From the NCBI GenBank assembly GCA_947447955.1, contig CANFLS010000003.1, positions 21,048 through 85,047 of the forward strand: 64,000 nt of DNA, given 5' to 3'. Every line of letters begins with the position of its first letter. Positions within the stretch are counted from its first letter, which is position 1. Source of the DNA: Flavobacteriales bacterium (lineage in GTDB: Bacteria > Bacteroidota > Bacteroidia > NS11-12g > UBA955). The notes under the pieces were generated by a model. That model was given only the letters and a program-made list of their open reading frames with translations, did no database searches and was not told the origin of the DNA. Shown in pieces: positions 49,728-59,562 of the stretch. The position numbers were made by a program, and so were the translations under genes.

Positions 49728-50475
49728 TGATAAGATAATTAAGACGAAATAAAGGTTGGAAACCAAGGTTGTTTCCTAAATAGGCCAATTTGAAAGTATA
49801 GGTCCATTTGTTTTTAATCAAACTCATTGCAGTGGAAAATGGCATGCTGCCCGTTCCCATAGTAATGGTGTTGTAAAACGATTTATTCGGTGCATAAACC
49901 AAACTGCCACTCACAATGGGTTCATAACCAATCAACGTTACCCCAATGCCCGAATATATTTTGGCATTTATTTGAAAATTATAAGTCAGATTCTGAAGGC
50001 TGGTTTTCCCAATTTGCGAATACCAAAACGCTATCGATGCAGCATTATTCAACTGATAACTTGAATAAATATTAAATCCCAATTGATTCAATCTGTTTTC
50101 AATACCCGTTTGGCTTGAATAACTAATGCCCGTTCCCAAAACGAGCGCTTTGTTCATCTTTTGAGCAATTGAAAAGCTCAATCCATTTTGATTGAAATCG
50201 CCTGTCCCTTCATTTGCAATAGTGGTAGCGATTTTAGTAAAGTTAGTTTGGTAGGTTCCAGTTAGGTTGGTAGACGTTAAATCTGTGGATGTAAACAACC
50301 AAATGTGATCAATAGCCAAGTTGGCTTTTGCATGATCTAAAAAGTAAAGGGGGGAGGTGTTGATTTGATCGGGAACCTTGAAGCAAGGATTAAATTGAGT
50401 GGCATTGGCAGAAGTTGCGATTTGTGCAAAAGAAAAGCGACAAATTGCAAATCCGATCAACGCCAAGTACCTCAT
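49660..50475 (-). CDS. hypothetical outer-membrane beta-barrel-like protein
   Basis: Signal SFA-Q and alternating beta-strand pattern; directly upstream of the HhH-like gene. Confidence 0.55.
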   Translation of the reverse strand: MRYLALIGFAICRFSFAQIATSANATQFNPCFKVPDQINTSPLYFLDHAKANLAIDHIWLFTSTDLTSTNLTGTYQTNFTKIATTIANEGTGDFNQNGLSFSIAQKMNKALVLGTGISYSSQTGIENRLNQLGFNIYSSYQLNNAASIAFWYSQIGKTSLQNLTYNFQINAKIYSGIGVTLIGYEPIVSGSLVYAPNKSFYNTITMGTGSMPFSTAMSLIKNKWTYTFKLAYLGNNLGFQPLFRLNYLINEQKSVTEPVGIDFVRQTLPSN

Positions 50476-50807
50476 TCTAGTTGCTCTTTAAGTTTTAATA
50501 GTTTGTCTTTGAATTCCCTTAGTTGATGTATCAAATAAACGCGAGCATCGGCCGGCACTGGGTTTCTGCTTACTTTTTTAGATACATTGGCTAAACGAAC
50601 ACCTTTGTTATGAGAAAGATAGTGAATTTCCTTTAAAACTTCAATGTCCTTAGACGAGTAGATCCTATCGCCTTTTTTATTTTTCATTGGTTTAATTTGA
50701 GGGAAATTCTTCTCCCAAAATCTCAATGTAGATGCGGGTACACCAATAATTTCGGCAGCTTCGCCAATTTTAAAGTACTTTTTTGTAATGATTTCTTCTT
50801 CGTTCAT
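50472..50807 (-). CDS. MerR-family transcriptional regulator
   Basis: YFKIGEAA, STLRFWEKNF, KNKKGDRIY; follows the M23 peptidase gene as usual in Bacteroidota. Confidence 0.9.
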   Translation of the reverse strand: MNEEEIITKKYFKIGEAAEIIGVPASTLRFWEKNFPQIKPMKNKKGDRIYSSKDIEVLKEIHYLSHNKGVRLANVSKKVSRNPVPADARVYLIHQLREFKDKLLKLKEQLE

Positions 50808-50812
50808 AGGTA

Positions 50813-51769
50813 TTAGTCAAATCGATTCGCTTCACGTTGTGACATTTCAAGCATTTTTTGGTATTCAATATCCGACAAATCGTTGCGATAGAAAAACGCA
50901 GGATTCAAAGGATTGTTATTTTTACGTACTTCGTAGTGTAAGTGTGGACCGGTTGAGCGGCCTGTATTTCCAACATAGCCAATTAATTGTCCGCGAGAAA
51001 CCTTGGTGCCTGGTTTAACAGCAAAACGACTTAAATGTCCGTAAAGCGTGGTATAACCAAATCCGTGGTTTACAATGATGTGATTTCCATATCCCCAACC
51101 GTCGTTTTTAACTGCCATTACTACGCCATCGCCGGTTGCATAAATTTCTGTTCCTACATCGGCGGTAAAGTCCATTCCAGCGTGGAAAGAGGCTGTGTGG
51201 TAAAAAGGATCCATTCTATAACCAAATCCACTCGCCAATCTGCGCAACTCTTTGTTGGCAACTGGCATAATTGCAGGAATTGAATTTACCATTTTCTCAT
51301 TTTTAGAAATGAGCTTTGCAAGCATTTTATATGATGATTCTTGCTGCTTGGACATTTCTTGCATGTAATCCATTTTTTCATGCAAACGTTTCACGAATTT
51401 GCCGTGAGACATCTTCATGAGTTCAGAATAGTCGCTTCCCTTGAAATTAATAGGCTTTGGTGGCTCAACACCATACATTGCGCGGTATATTTCTATGTCG
51501 CGATTTCGCAATTCATTCAACTGATTTTCTAAATCAATGGCTTGTTGCTCCATCTGATTTAACTGCTTTTGAATGAATTTGTTTTCGCGTTGAATGGATA
51601 GTTCAATGGGTGTTTTCATGAATCGGCTAAAAAGTACCGATAATGAAATTACAGAAACAATAATTAACGACGATAAACCAAAGGTACGCCAACGCATATA
51701 CCCCCGATGATCGGATACCTTTTCAAAGCTTAAACTTTTTGGATTGAAAAAATATTTGGTACGTGACAT
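50813..51769 (-). CDS. M23 family metallopeptidase
   Basis: HAGMDF, YTTLYGHL, GNTGRSTGPHLHYEV. Confidence 0.92.
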   Translation of the reverse strand: MSRTKYFFNPKSLSFEKVSDHRGYMRWRTFGLSSLIIVSVISLSVLFSRFMKTPIELSIQRENKFIQKQLNQMEQQAIDLENQLNELRNRDIEIYRAMYGVEPPKPINFKGSDYSELMKMSHGKFVKRLHEKMDYMQEMSKQQESSYKMLAKLISKNEKMVNSIPAIMPVANKELRRLASGFGYRMDPFYHTASFHAGMDFTADVGTEIYATGDGVVMAVKNDGWGYGNHIIVNHGFGYTTLYGHLSRFAVKPGTKVSRGQLIGYVGNTGRSTGPHLHYEVRKNNNPLNPAFFYRNDLSDIEYQKMLEMSQREANRFD

Positions 51770-51822
51770 GTTGATTTCATACAATTATACGAAATCGAAG
51801 CCAATTTAGGGCAATTTGGCCT

Positions 51823-52350
51823 TTATTTTTCGGAATAAAATTGCTTGTAAACCTTTCCACGGGTTACATATTCGGTTACATTTTCATCAATTTTTTGGCC
51901 AATTTCAGGTCCTAAAGTTTTCGCAATTTTGGCAGGAATTCCCAGCACCATCGAGTATGGAGGGATTTTCATTCCTTGAGGGACAAGGGCATTTGCACCA
52001 ATAATGCTGTACTCGCCAATTTCGACATCGTTCAAAATGGTGGCATGCATTCCAACCAAAACATGATGCGATAATCTTGCCCCATGCACAATGGCCGAAT
52101 GTCCCACAACACAATCAGCGCCAATAATACAGGGTGAGCCTGGGTCGGCATGCAAAACTGCATTGTCTTGAATGTTCGTTCTATCGCCAACTGAAATCAA
52201 ATCCGTATCGCCACGCAACACGGCCCCAAACCAAACACTGGTTTCATTTCCCAATTCAACTTTGCCAATTACTGTTGCATTCGGAGCAATGAAAGTGGAA
52301 TCTTTTTTAGATATCGGCGTTTGAAGGATGGATAGTAAATTTTGTGGCAT
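51823..52350 (-). CDS. gamma carbonic anhydrase family protein
   Basis: Hexapeptide repeats, VWFGAVLRGD, NIQDNAVLH, VGHSAIVHG. Confidence 0.9.
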   Translation of the reverse strand: MPQNLLSILQTPISKKDSTFIAPNATVIGKVELGNETSVWFGAVLRGDTDLISVGDRTNIQDNAVLHADPGSPCIIGADCVVGHSAIVHGARLSHHVLVGMHATILNDVEIGEYSIIGANALVPQGMKIPPYSMVLGIPAKIAKTLGPEIGQKIDENVTEYVTRGKVYKQFYSEK

Positions 52351-52446
52351 GTTATTTTTTTGTAAAGTTTCGAAAAGTAAGGCCAAATTACAAAATAATT
52401 AGAAAAATAATGATGGATTGAGGTTCTTGTTGCATTTTTGTATTTC

Positions 52447-53697
52447 ATGAAAAAGCTGTTTTACAATATTTCTAAACTTTATGGAACCAATCACCGCGGA
52501 ACATTTAAATCTGGCGCAGAAATGCAACAATTGAATGTGGTTGACAATGCTTGGATTCTTGTAGAAAATGGCAAAATAGCAGCAATTGGAAATGATGCGC
52601 TTGAAATGCCATCTGAAGTGATGGAAAGAGTTGATTTATTGGGTGCAGAAGTGTTGCCAGGATTCGTTGATAGCCACACACATATTGTGTTTGCAGCTCC
52701 ACGATATGAGGAGTTTGCCATGCGTTTGGCAGGTGCTTCGTATGAAGAAATTGCCGCCAATGGAGGTGGGATTTTGAATTCTGCCCGCAAACTTCAGGCA
52801 ATGTCTGAAGATGAATTATTTGAACAAGCCGAAGCCCGCTTGAAACTTATGTTGGCCCATGGCACAACCACCGTTGAAATTAAAAGTGGATACGGCCTAA
52901 CCGTAGATGCAGAATTGAAAATTCTGCGCGTGGTTAAAAAACTAAAACAGCATTACCCGTGCTTAATAAAATCTACGTTTTTGGGAGCACATGCCTTTCC
53001 CGTTGAATATAAAAACAACCAACAAGGGTATATCGATTTAATTATCAATGAAATGTTGCCCGTAATTGTTCAAGAACAATTGGCCGATCATATTGATGTG
53101 TTTTGCGACAAAGGATTTTTTACCGTGGAACAGACCGCGCAAATATTGACGGTAGCTGCCAAGTTGGGCATCCCTGCTAAGATTCACGCCAATGAACTCG
53201 GATTAACCGGTGGTGTTCAAGTTGCCGTGGAACATGAAGCTTGGAGTGCAGATCACCTCGAGCACTGCGAGGAAAACGAAATTGCAGCCTTCAAACATGG
53301 TTTTTCTCAAAACTATGGGGGAACCATGCCCGTTGGCTTGCCCGGAACTTCCTACTTTTTAGGAATTCCTTATGCTCCTACAAAAAGATTCATGGAAAAT
53401 GGATTGCCTGTTGCCTTGGCAACTGATTTTAATCCTGGTTCTAGTCCGCTTTGCTCATTGCAAACCATTTGGGCGCTTGCATGTACCCAAATGAAAATGA
53501 TGCCTGTAGAAGCTTTTCATGCCATTACTTGCAATGCTGCAAGAGCCCTTCGCTTAGAAAATGAAGTGGGTAGTTTGGCAGTGGGTATGCGTGCCGATTT
53601 TGTTGTTACCAATACCAAAGAAGCCATCAAAGGAATCCCATATTTTATGGGTCAAAATCACATTGAGGCTACTTTTGTGTTAGGTGAAAGAATTTAG
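52447..53697 (+). CDS. hutI: imidazolonepropionase
   Basis: PGFVDSHTH, GGGILNS, EIKSGYGL, FLGAHA, SADHLE, ALATDFNPGS. Confidence 0.95.
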   Translation: MKKLFYNISKLYGTNHRGTFKSGAEMQQLNVVDNAWILVENGKIAAIGNDALEMPSEVMERVDLLGAEVLPGFVDSHTHIVFAAPRYEEFAMRLAGASYEEIAANGGGILNSARKLQAMSEDELFEQAEARLKLMLAHGTTTVEIKSGYGLTVDAELKILRVVKKLKQHYPCLIKSTFLGAHAFPVEYKNNQQGYIDLIINEMLPVIVQEQLADHIDVFCDKGFFTVEQTAQILTVAAKLGIPAKIHANELGLTGGVQVAVEHEAWSADHLEHCEENEIAAFKHGFSQNYGGTMPVGLPGTSYFLGIPYAPTKRFMENGLPVALATDFNPGSSPLCSLQTIWALACTQMKMMPVEAFHAITCNAARALRLENEVGSLAVGMRADFVVTNTKEAIKGIPYFMGQNHIEATFVLGERI

Positions 53698-56255
53698 TTT
53701 GTTGTAAACGAGATTTTTAATCTGTCCGCACTTGGCCACGGTGTTGTAATATAGTAGGTTGGGGTTGTCGTTTCTGTAACTCGTTCTACTTTGTACAAAT
53801 CTTGTTTGAGTCCAAAATGACTGCCCTTTTTCAGTACAGCTGCCACTACTTTTTTGTCTACCACGAACTTTGGCAATAATTGATTTGGAATTCCATGCAC
53901 CACAAATTGAATGAAGGTATAATCAGTTTTTCTTAGTCCGCCAATTCGCTCCAAAAGAATTTCGTGCTTTGTTAAATTTACCTTATTGCCCTTCAATTGG
54001 TATTCGTAAAAGTCTGTGAAGCCTTCATTTTTGAGGGACATTCCATCGTCGTTGTAAACAGTACCAAAATAATATCCCTCATCATTAAAATATACATGAA
54101 GCAATAGGGTGTCGGATTTGCTTTGGGTGTTTTCAATTTTATTGGGAATAATTTCAGGAATAACAGATCCAGCTTTTACAAAAATTGGTAATTGACTCAT
54201 TGGTGCTGCCACAAATGCGGTTGTGCCTTGTTTGTAGGTTATATCGCTGTGAATCGAATACCACAAATTGGTTTTTGAATGGTTCATAGGGAAGTAAACT
54301 TCCGTGCTTTTTGTATTGCTGCGAACCGGACAAACCAGGATATCATTTCCCAAAACAAATTGACTTTCAAACTTTTCATTGAAGCAATTGTTGGCACTTT
54401 CGTTGGAAACAAAATAACCCATTGATTTTAAAACTGGTGATTCGTTGTTTTTCATTGCAGTGTACAAATAGGGCATGAGCCTGTACCTCAAATTCATATA
54501 ATATCGGTTCAATTCCGTGTTGATGTCGCCAAAGCACCAAGGCTCGCTCGACGGCATGTCAATCATTTTGTGGGCCCTATAAAATGGGGTAAAGGCGGCA
54601 ATCGACATCCACCTAGTCATCAGTTCTGGGGTGGCAGGATTCATGAATCCGCCTACATCGGCACCTACGAAATCGAGTCCGCACAACGACATATTTCCCA
54701 ACATTTTAAAGCTAAGCATCATGTGGTCGTCGGTAGCTACATTGTCGCCGGTCCATACTGCGGCATAGCGTTGCACTCCGGCAAATCCAGCTCGGGTTAA
54801 CGTGAAAACGCGTTTATTCAAAAGTGTTTCGGCACCTTCTCGGGTGGCACGAGTCATTTGCATGCCGTAAATGTTTCTGTTTTGTGTGAGGTTGCTCAAA
54901 TGTCCCTCACGATTAAAACGAATATAACTCGGCACCTCTTTTCCCCAAGCTGCCGGTTCGTTCATGTCGTTCCACAATCCAGAAATCCCCAAATCCGTAT
55001 AGAATTTCACTGAATTGCTCCACCAATCTCGGGCCTTGGGATTGGTAAAATCAGGGAAATTACACAGTCCGGGCCAAACTCCAGCTAAGTAATTTTTGCC
55101 GTTGGGATATTTCAAAAAGAGGTCTTGTTTGAGTGCATTTTCATAAGCGGGATAGCCTTTTTCAACCTTAATACCCGGATCGAGAATGGTAATGATATTC
55201 ACTCCTTGATTTTTGAGGGATTCAACCATGCTTTTCGGATTTGGAAACTGTTTGTTGTCGAATGTAAATACTTTGCAAGCATCCATGTAATGGATATCCA
55301 AATGGATGGCATCGAGGGGAAGATTTTTATGATTAAACTCATTGGCTAGGTTCAATACTTCATCTTGAGATTTATAACTCCATCGAGATTGATGAAATCC
55401 CAAACTCCATTTTGGCGGAAGGGGAGTAAAGCCGGTGAGTTGACGGTATTTATGACTAATCTCTTCAACAGATTGTCCGAGTATCAGATAATACCGGAGG
55501 TGATCGTCTTCCACAGAAATGGAGGTGTAATCGCAAGCTGCCCCAAAATTGAAATAACTTTTGCTCGAATGGTCGAGGTAAATCCCGTACAAGTTAAGTT
55601 CAGTTCCTGCAATATAAAAAGGGATAGAAACATAGAGTGGATCTTGGTCTAAGTTGTAAGCAGGCACATCTGAATTCCACATTGTGTAGGCGTTTCCACG
55701 TCGGTTAATGGGTCCAGTTTTTTCACCCAATCCCATGAAAAATTCACCGTCGTTAATTTCAAAGTTTTTACTGATTTTGTGGTCTTCGTTTACCCAGTTT
55801 AGACTGGAATGATCGCATAGCATGTCGCAGAAAATAGCCTTCTTGGTGCTTTTTTTCCATTTCATAATCTTTAGATCGTAAGGAAATTTTTTAATTTCAA
55901 TCTGATAATTATAAATGTGGTAAACTTCGATTGAATCAGATTTTTTCAATTGGTCTTTTTCGAATTTGAAAGAATTAGCTTTCAAAATTTCCGTTCTTTT
56001 TTCATCCGTAACGGTATAAGAATGATGCCATTTTTCTTTGTTGTTTTGAGGGAAATAGGAAAATTCGAAATAATCGAGGGTGGGTTGATTGTTATTGACA
56101 TTTGACATTGGAATTACTTCGAGTTGGAATTCATTTGTTTGGATGATCAGACTCGTTTCATTCAAGATTTTAATGGATGTCACATTGTTTGCAACGTTTT
56201 GGGCGTTTGCAGAAAATGCAAAAAACAAGATGCCAAAAAAGAAAAGATTGCGCAT
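53694..56255 (-). CDS. glycoside hydrolase family 31 (alpha-glucosidase-like), exported
   Basis: Signal ANA-Q, GLGEK, DPLYVSIPF, nucleophile WNDMNEP, acid/base WTGDN, GADVGGF. Confidence 0.9.
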   Translation of the reverse strand: MRNLFFFGILFFAFSANAQNVANNVTSIKILNETSLIIQTNEFQLEVIPMSNVNNNQPTLDYFEFSYFPQNNKEKWHHSYTVTDEKRTEILKANSFKFEKDQLKKSDSIEVYHIYNYQIEIKKFPYDLKIMKWKKSTKKAIFCDMLCDHSSLNWVNEDHKISKNFEINDGEFFMGLGEKTGPINRRGNAYTMWNSDVPAYNLDQDPLYVSIPFYIAGTELNLYGIYLDHSSKSYFNFGAACDYTSISVEDDHLRYYLILGQSVEEISHKYRQLTGFTPLPPKWSLGFHQSRWSYKSQDEVLNLANEFNHKNLPLDAIHLDIHYMDACKVFTFDNKQFPNPKSMVESLKNQGVNIITILDPGIKVEKGYPAYENALKQDLFLKYPNGKNYLAGVWPGLCNFPDFTNPKARDWWSNSVKFYTDLGISGLWNDMNEPAAWGKEVPSYIRFNREGHLSNLTQNRNIYGMQMTRATREGAETLLNKRVFTLTRAGFAGVQRYAAVWTGDNVATDDHMMLSFKMLGNMSLCGLDFVGADVGGFMNPATPELMTRWMSIAAFTPFYRAHKMIDMPSSEPWCFGDINTELNRYYMNLRYRLMPYLYTAMKNNESPVLKSMGYFVSNESANNCFNEKFESQFVLGNDILVCPVRSNTKSTEVYFPMNHSKTNLWYSIHSDITYKQGTTAFVAAPMSQLPIFVKAGSVIPEIIPNKIENTQSKSDTLLLHVYFNDEGYYFGTVYNDDGMSLKNEGFTDFYEYQLKGNKVNLTKHEILLERIGGLRKTDYTFIQFVVHGIPNQLLPKFVVDKKVVAAVLKKGSHFGLKQDLYKVERVTETTTPTYYITTPWPSADRLKISFTTN

Positions 56256-56302
56256 AGAATTTGTAAGTGTCATGAAATTGTTGTATATTAAGTATTTGAA
56301 AA

Positions 56303-57109
56303 TTAACGTTTGTGACTAAACAACCATGGCAGCAATTCTGGTTCGGCAAAGGCTGAATCCCAACTGTTGTGGTTGGCTTCAGGGTAAATGGATATGCGAA
56401 CCTTATTGGAATGATTTTTTAAATATTCTGCCAATTCAATGCTGTTTTCGGGTGGAACAACATCGTCTTTGGCACCGTGAAAAAACCACCATTTGGTTTT
56501 TCTAGTTTTGCGGGGTTGGGTAATTTTCCCTCCACCACAAATGGGAAAAGCGGCAGCGAACATTTTTGGCATTCTGCGCACCAGTTCAACTGTTCCCATT
56601 CCTCCCATAGAAAGTCCACCGATGAATATTTGCCTTACATCTACATATTGTCTGTCGTACAAATATTTGGTAAACGCCATCAGTAATTTCATTGCTTTGG
56701 TAGGTACAGAATCAGAGGTAAAGGTAAAATGGGGTTTCCCGGTGCTATCGACCATGCGTTCAACATTGCTCCAATAGCTACTTGAAGGACATTGCGGGAA
56801 AACAGCAATCATGGGGTATTTTGTAATTGCTGCGTTATACAACCAATCGGCCCCGTGCGACAATTGGTCGTTGTTATTGTTGCCGCGTTCACCGGAGCCA
56901 TGTAAAAAGATCACCAACGGGAGTGGTTCCTCCGAAGTGGTATAGGAAGCATAAATTCTATAGGGAAGGGTATCTTGTCCTAGAATAAAATAGGCTTTCT
57001 TGTATACTGAATCTATTTTTGAGGGAGATATTTGGGCATTGGAATTTATCATGCTCAATGAACCCATGAGGAATAGCACCAGCAATTTAAAAATGAAAGA
57101 CTTTTGCAT
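56303..57109 (-). CDS. exported alpha/beta-hydrolase (carboxylesterase-like)
   Basis: LVIFLHGSGERG, FPQCP, GGLSMGG, FHGAKDDVV, NHNSWD catalytic triad motifs. Confidence 0.85.
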   Translation of the reverse strand: MQKSFIFKLLVLFLMGSLSMINSNAQISPSKIDSVYKKAYFILGQDTLPYRIYASYTTSEEPLPLVIFLHGSGERGNNNNDQLSHGADWLYNAAITKYPMIAVFPQCPSSSYWSNVERMVDSTGKPHFTFTSDSVPTKAMKLLMAFTKYLYDRQYVDVRQIFIGGLSMGGMGTVELVRRMPKMFAAAFPICGGGKITQPRKTRKTKWWFFHGAKDDVVPPENSIELAEYLKNHSNKVRISIYPEANHNSWDSAFAEPELLPWLFSHKR

Positions 57110-57353
57110 GCGCTACAAATATCTTTAAAAAAATGGATAGATTACTTAAATCATTGTGCCATTAAATTCCAATCCCATTTTCGGATATGGATTATGATAT
57201 TTACGGATAAATACGGATGTTTTGAGTGCCATTATTAAATATCCTTTATGTTGTCGAATTTAGTATTCATTGTCTCGGCTGTTTTGGCATCATTGATTTC
57301 ATTCAAACATTATCTCCTTTTTTTACAAAAAGAAGTGTTAATTTGCCTCTGTA

Positions 57354-58850
57354 ATGATTCGGAATTTTTTGAAATATAATTGGACTGCCAAATTACTTGT
57401 TTGTTTGATGGTTTTTGTAACAATGCCTTCCTCTTTGTTTGGTCAGAAAAGCCCAAAAGTGAAACAATTTGACGATATAATTCAATTTAAATTGAACCCC
57501 GAAGAAAGACGCATTTTTGATACCGTTCAATACAAAACCTTTCAGTATTTCTGGAATGGAGCCGAACCCAACTCTGGAATGGCATGCGAACGTGTGCACA
57601 TGGATAACGATTATCCAGAACACGACCAACACATTGTAACTACTGGAGGTAGTGGATTTGGGGTCATGGCAATTATGGTAGGAATCTACAGGGGTTGGAT
57701 TACCGAAACAGAAGGTGCCGATAGACTTATAAAAATATTGGATTTTCTAGAAAAGGCCGACCGATTTCATGGCGCTTGGCCGCATTGGATAGACGGTGAA
57801 ACAGGGAAGGTGAAGCCTTTCGGACAAAAAGATAACGGTGGCGATTTGGTAGAATCTAGTTTTCTAATGCAAGGACTGCTTTGCGTGAAGGAATTTATTG
57901 ATCAAAAAACCAAACCTGAAAAGTTGAAATTAATACCAAACGGACAAGCTTTTCAATTGCGCCAAAAACAAAAATATATCAGCGATAAAATCGATCAATT
58001 TTGGAGGGAAATGGAATTCGATTGGTACACCCGTGGCGAAGATGTTTTGTATTGGCATTGGAGTCCCTCATACGGATGGCAAATGAATTTCAAAGTGCGT
58101 GGCTACAACGAATGTTTGATTATGTATGTTTTGGCGGCTAGCTCACCCACACATCCAATTTCGGCAAAGGTGTATCACAATGGCTGGGCCGAGTCCGGTA
58201 AAATCAAAGCAAAGAAACCTATTCAATATAATAAAGTTCAATTGGATTTGCGTTACCAAGGCAATCCGCCAAATGGAGGACCATTGTTCTGGTCGCATTA
58301 TTCTTATTTGGGACTAAATCCGATGGGATTATCCGACAAATATTGCAGCAATTATGGAAGGGAGAACATCGGTCTTTCAATGATTAATTATTTGTGGTGC
58401 ATCAATAATCCAATGAAATATAAAGGCTATGGAGATAGTTCGTGGGGGCTTACTGCAAGTTACTCGGTGAAGTTTTATGCAGCACATGCACCTGATAGTG
58501 TGAATGATGTTGGAGTGATTTCTCCGACGGCGGCAATGTCGAGTTACCCATACACCCCCATTCCTTCAACCAAAGCGATGGTAAATTGGGTGAAGAACAA
58601 ACCACAACTTTTGGGTCAATACGGATTTTATGATGCGTTTTCTGAGCAAGACAATTGGATGAAGCCTCATTATTTGGCAATTGACCAAGGTCCAGCAGTT
58701 GTAATGATGGAGAATTATCGTTCGGGCTTGTTCTGGGCCTTGTTTATGTCGAACAACGATATTCAAAACGGTTTACTTAAATTGGGTTTTAAAACTCCGA
58801 GTATTTCGGCTGTAAAGATTAAGGCGTATAAAAAAGCACCGAAGAAGTGA
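57354..58850 (+). CDS. GH144-like endo-beta-1,2-glucanase (glucoamylase-like/DUF3131)
   Basis: TTGGSGFG, RFHGAWPHW, DNGGDLVES, LYWHWSP, GYNECL, GGPLFWSHYS, YGFYDAF, YLAIDQGP. Confidence 0.8.
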   Translation: MIRNFLKYNWTAKLLVCLMVFVTMPSSLFGQKSPKVKQFDDIIQFKLNPEERRIFDTVQYKTFQYFWNGAEPNSGMACERVHMDNDYPEHDQHIVTTGGSGFGVMAIMVGIYRGWITETEGADRLIKILDFLEKADRFHGAWPHWIDGETGKVKPFGQKDNGGDLVESSFLMQGLLCVKEFIDQKTKPEKLKLIPNGQAFQLRQKQKYISDKIDQFWREMEFDWYTRGEDVLYWHWSPSYGWQMNFKVRGYNECLIMYVLAASSPTHPISAKVYHNGWAESGKIKAKKPIQYNKVQLDLRYQGNPPNGGPLFWSHYSYLGLNPMGLSDKYCSNYGRENIGLSMINYLWCINNPMKYKGYGDSSWGLTASYSVKFYAAHAPDSVNDVGVISPTAAMSSYPYTPIPSTKAMVNWVKNKPQLLGQYGFYDAFSEQDNWMKPHYLAIDQGPAVVMMENYRSGLFWALFMSNNDIQNGLLKLGFKTPSISAVKIKAYKKAPKK

Positions 58851-58852
58851 AA

Positions 58853-58885
58853 CTAAAAAGCAACGCCAATTGGCGCTGCTTTTAG
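58853..58885. terminator. bidirectional terminator
   Basis: CTAAAAAGCAACGCCAATTGGCGCTGCTTTTAG between convergent genes. Confidence 0.7.
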
Positions 58886-58928
58886 GACATACTAACAAAC
58901 TATATGGAATAACAAAAAATCTAATGGT

Positions 58929-59492
58929 TTATTTCAAGAATCTTTCCATTTCCTGAATGCTGCTAGAATAGGCAAAAGCACTATTTACTTGATAGTAATT
59001 TTGCTGGTCTATGCAGTATGGATATGCGAATTTCGCAAAGTCTATTTTGCTACTTTCGTATGAAAATTCCATCATGATGCCCCCAATTTGATCGGCCGAC
59101 ATATAATTGCTGCGAATGGCTTGTTTAGCAACACTGAATTTGTCGGATTCGAAACTTGAATTTCTTATTTGTAAGATCAAGTCTTGAAATTGATATTGTT
59201 GCATCATTGAAGCATTGTTACCGTAAATTACATTGTTGGGTTGGTTACAACCTTGGTTGTGATAATAATTATTAGGAACGTAATAATTATTTGGACTATA
59301 AACAACAACTGGATTTCTTCTATGCCTAACAGGAAATCCAACATTTACATTCAATTGAATTGGAGATCGAGGTTGAACAACTACAACGTTGTTTCGGTTA
59401 TGGTGATTCCCTCTGTGATGGTTTCCAAAATGTTGTGCTTCTGCTTGGCTAAAAAGTGCCACTGCAATTCCGAGTAAAAGTAAGTTTTTCAT
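58929..59492 (-). CDS. secreted DUF4476-domain protein with N/H/Y-rich low-complexity N-terminus
   Basis: Signal AEA-Q; C-domain SFESDKFSVAK...FSYESSKIDFAKFAY..CIDQQNYY...FAYSSS. Confidence 0.78.
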   Translation of the reverse strand: MKNLLLLGIAVALFSQAEAQHFGNHHRGNHHNRNNVVVVQPRSPIQLNVNVGFPVRHRRNPVVVYSPNNYYVPNNYYHNQGCNQPNNVIYGNNASMMQQYQFQDLILQIRNSSFESDKFSVAKQAIRSNYMSADQIGGIMMEFSYESSKIDFAKFAYPYCIDQQNYYQVNSAFAYSSSIQEMERFLK

Positions 59493-59522
59493 AAAGATTT
59501 CTCCTTTCTTGTTTTGCTATAT

Positions 59523-59537
59523 CCAAAAGACGTGCCA
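59523..59537 (-). promoter_or_regulatory. putative sigma-54 (-24/-12) promoter of the DUF4476 gene
   Basis: Minus strand TGGCACG-TCTT-TTGG matches TGGCACG-N4-TTGC with a single change at -12. Confidence 0.6.
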
Positions 59538-59562
59538 AAACTGATTATGTTACATAAATAAA

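Noticed and set aside
52447..53697. hutI without other hut genes; sucD without sucC
   Set aside because: Dispersed pathway genes are common in Bacteroidota; absence cannot be judged from one window.
57110..57353. Largest intergenic gap, examined for ncRNA, riboswitch or CRISPR (also 18611-18779 and 30320-30456)
   Set aside because: No strong stem, tRNA fold or regularly spaced repeats; consistent with ordinary promoter regions.
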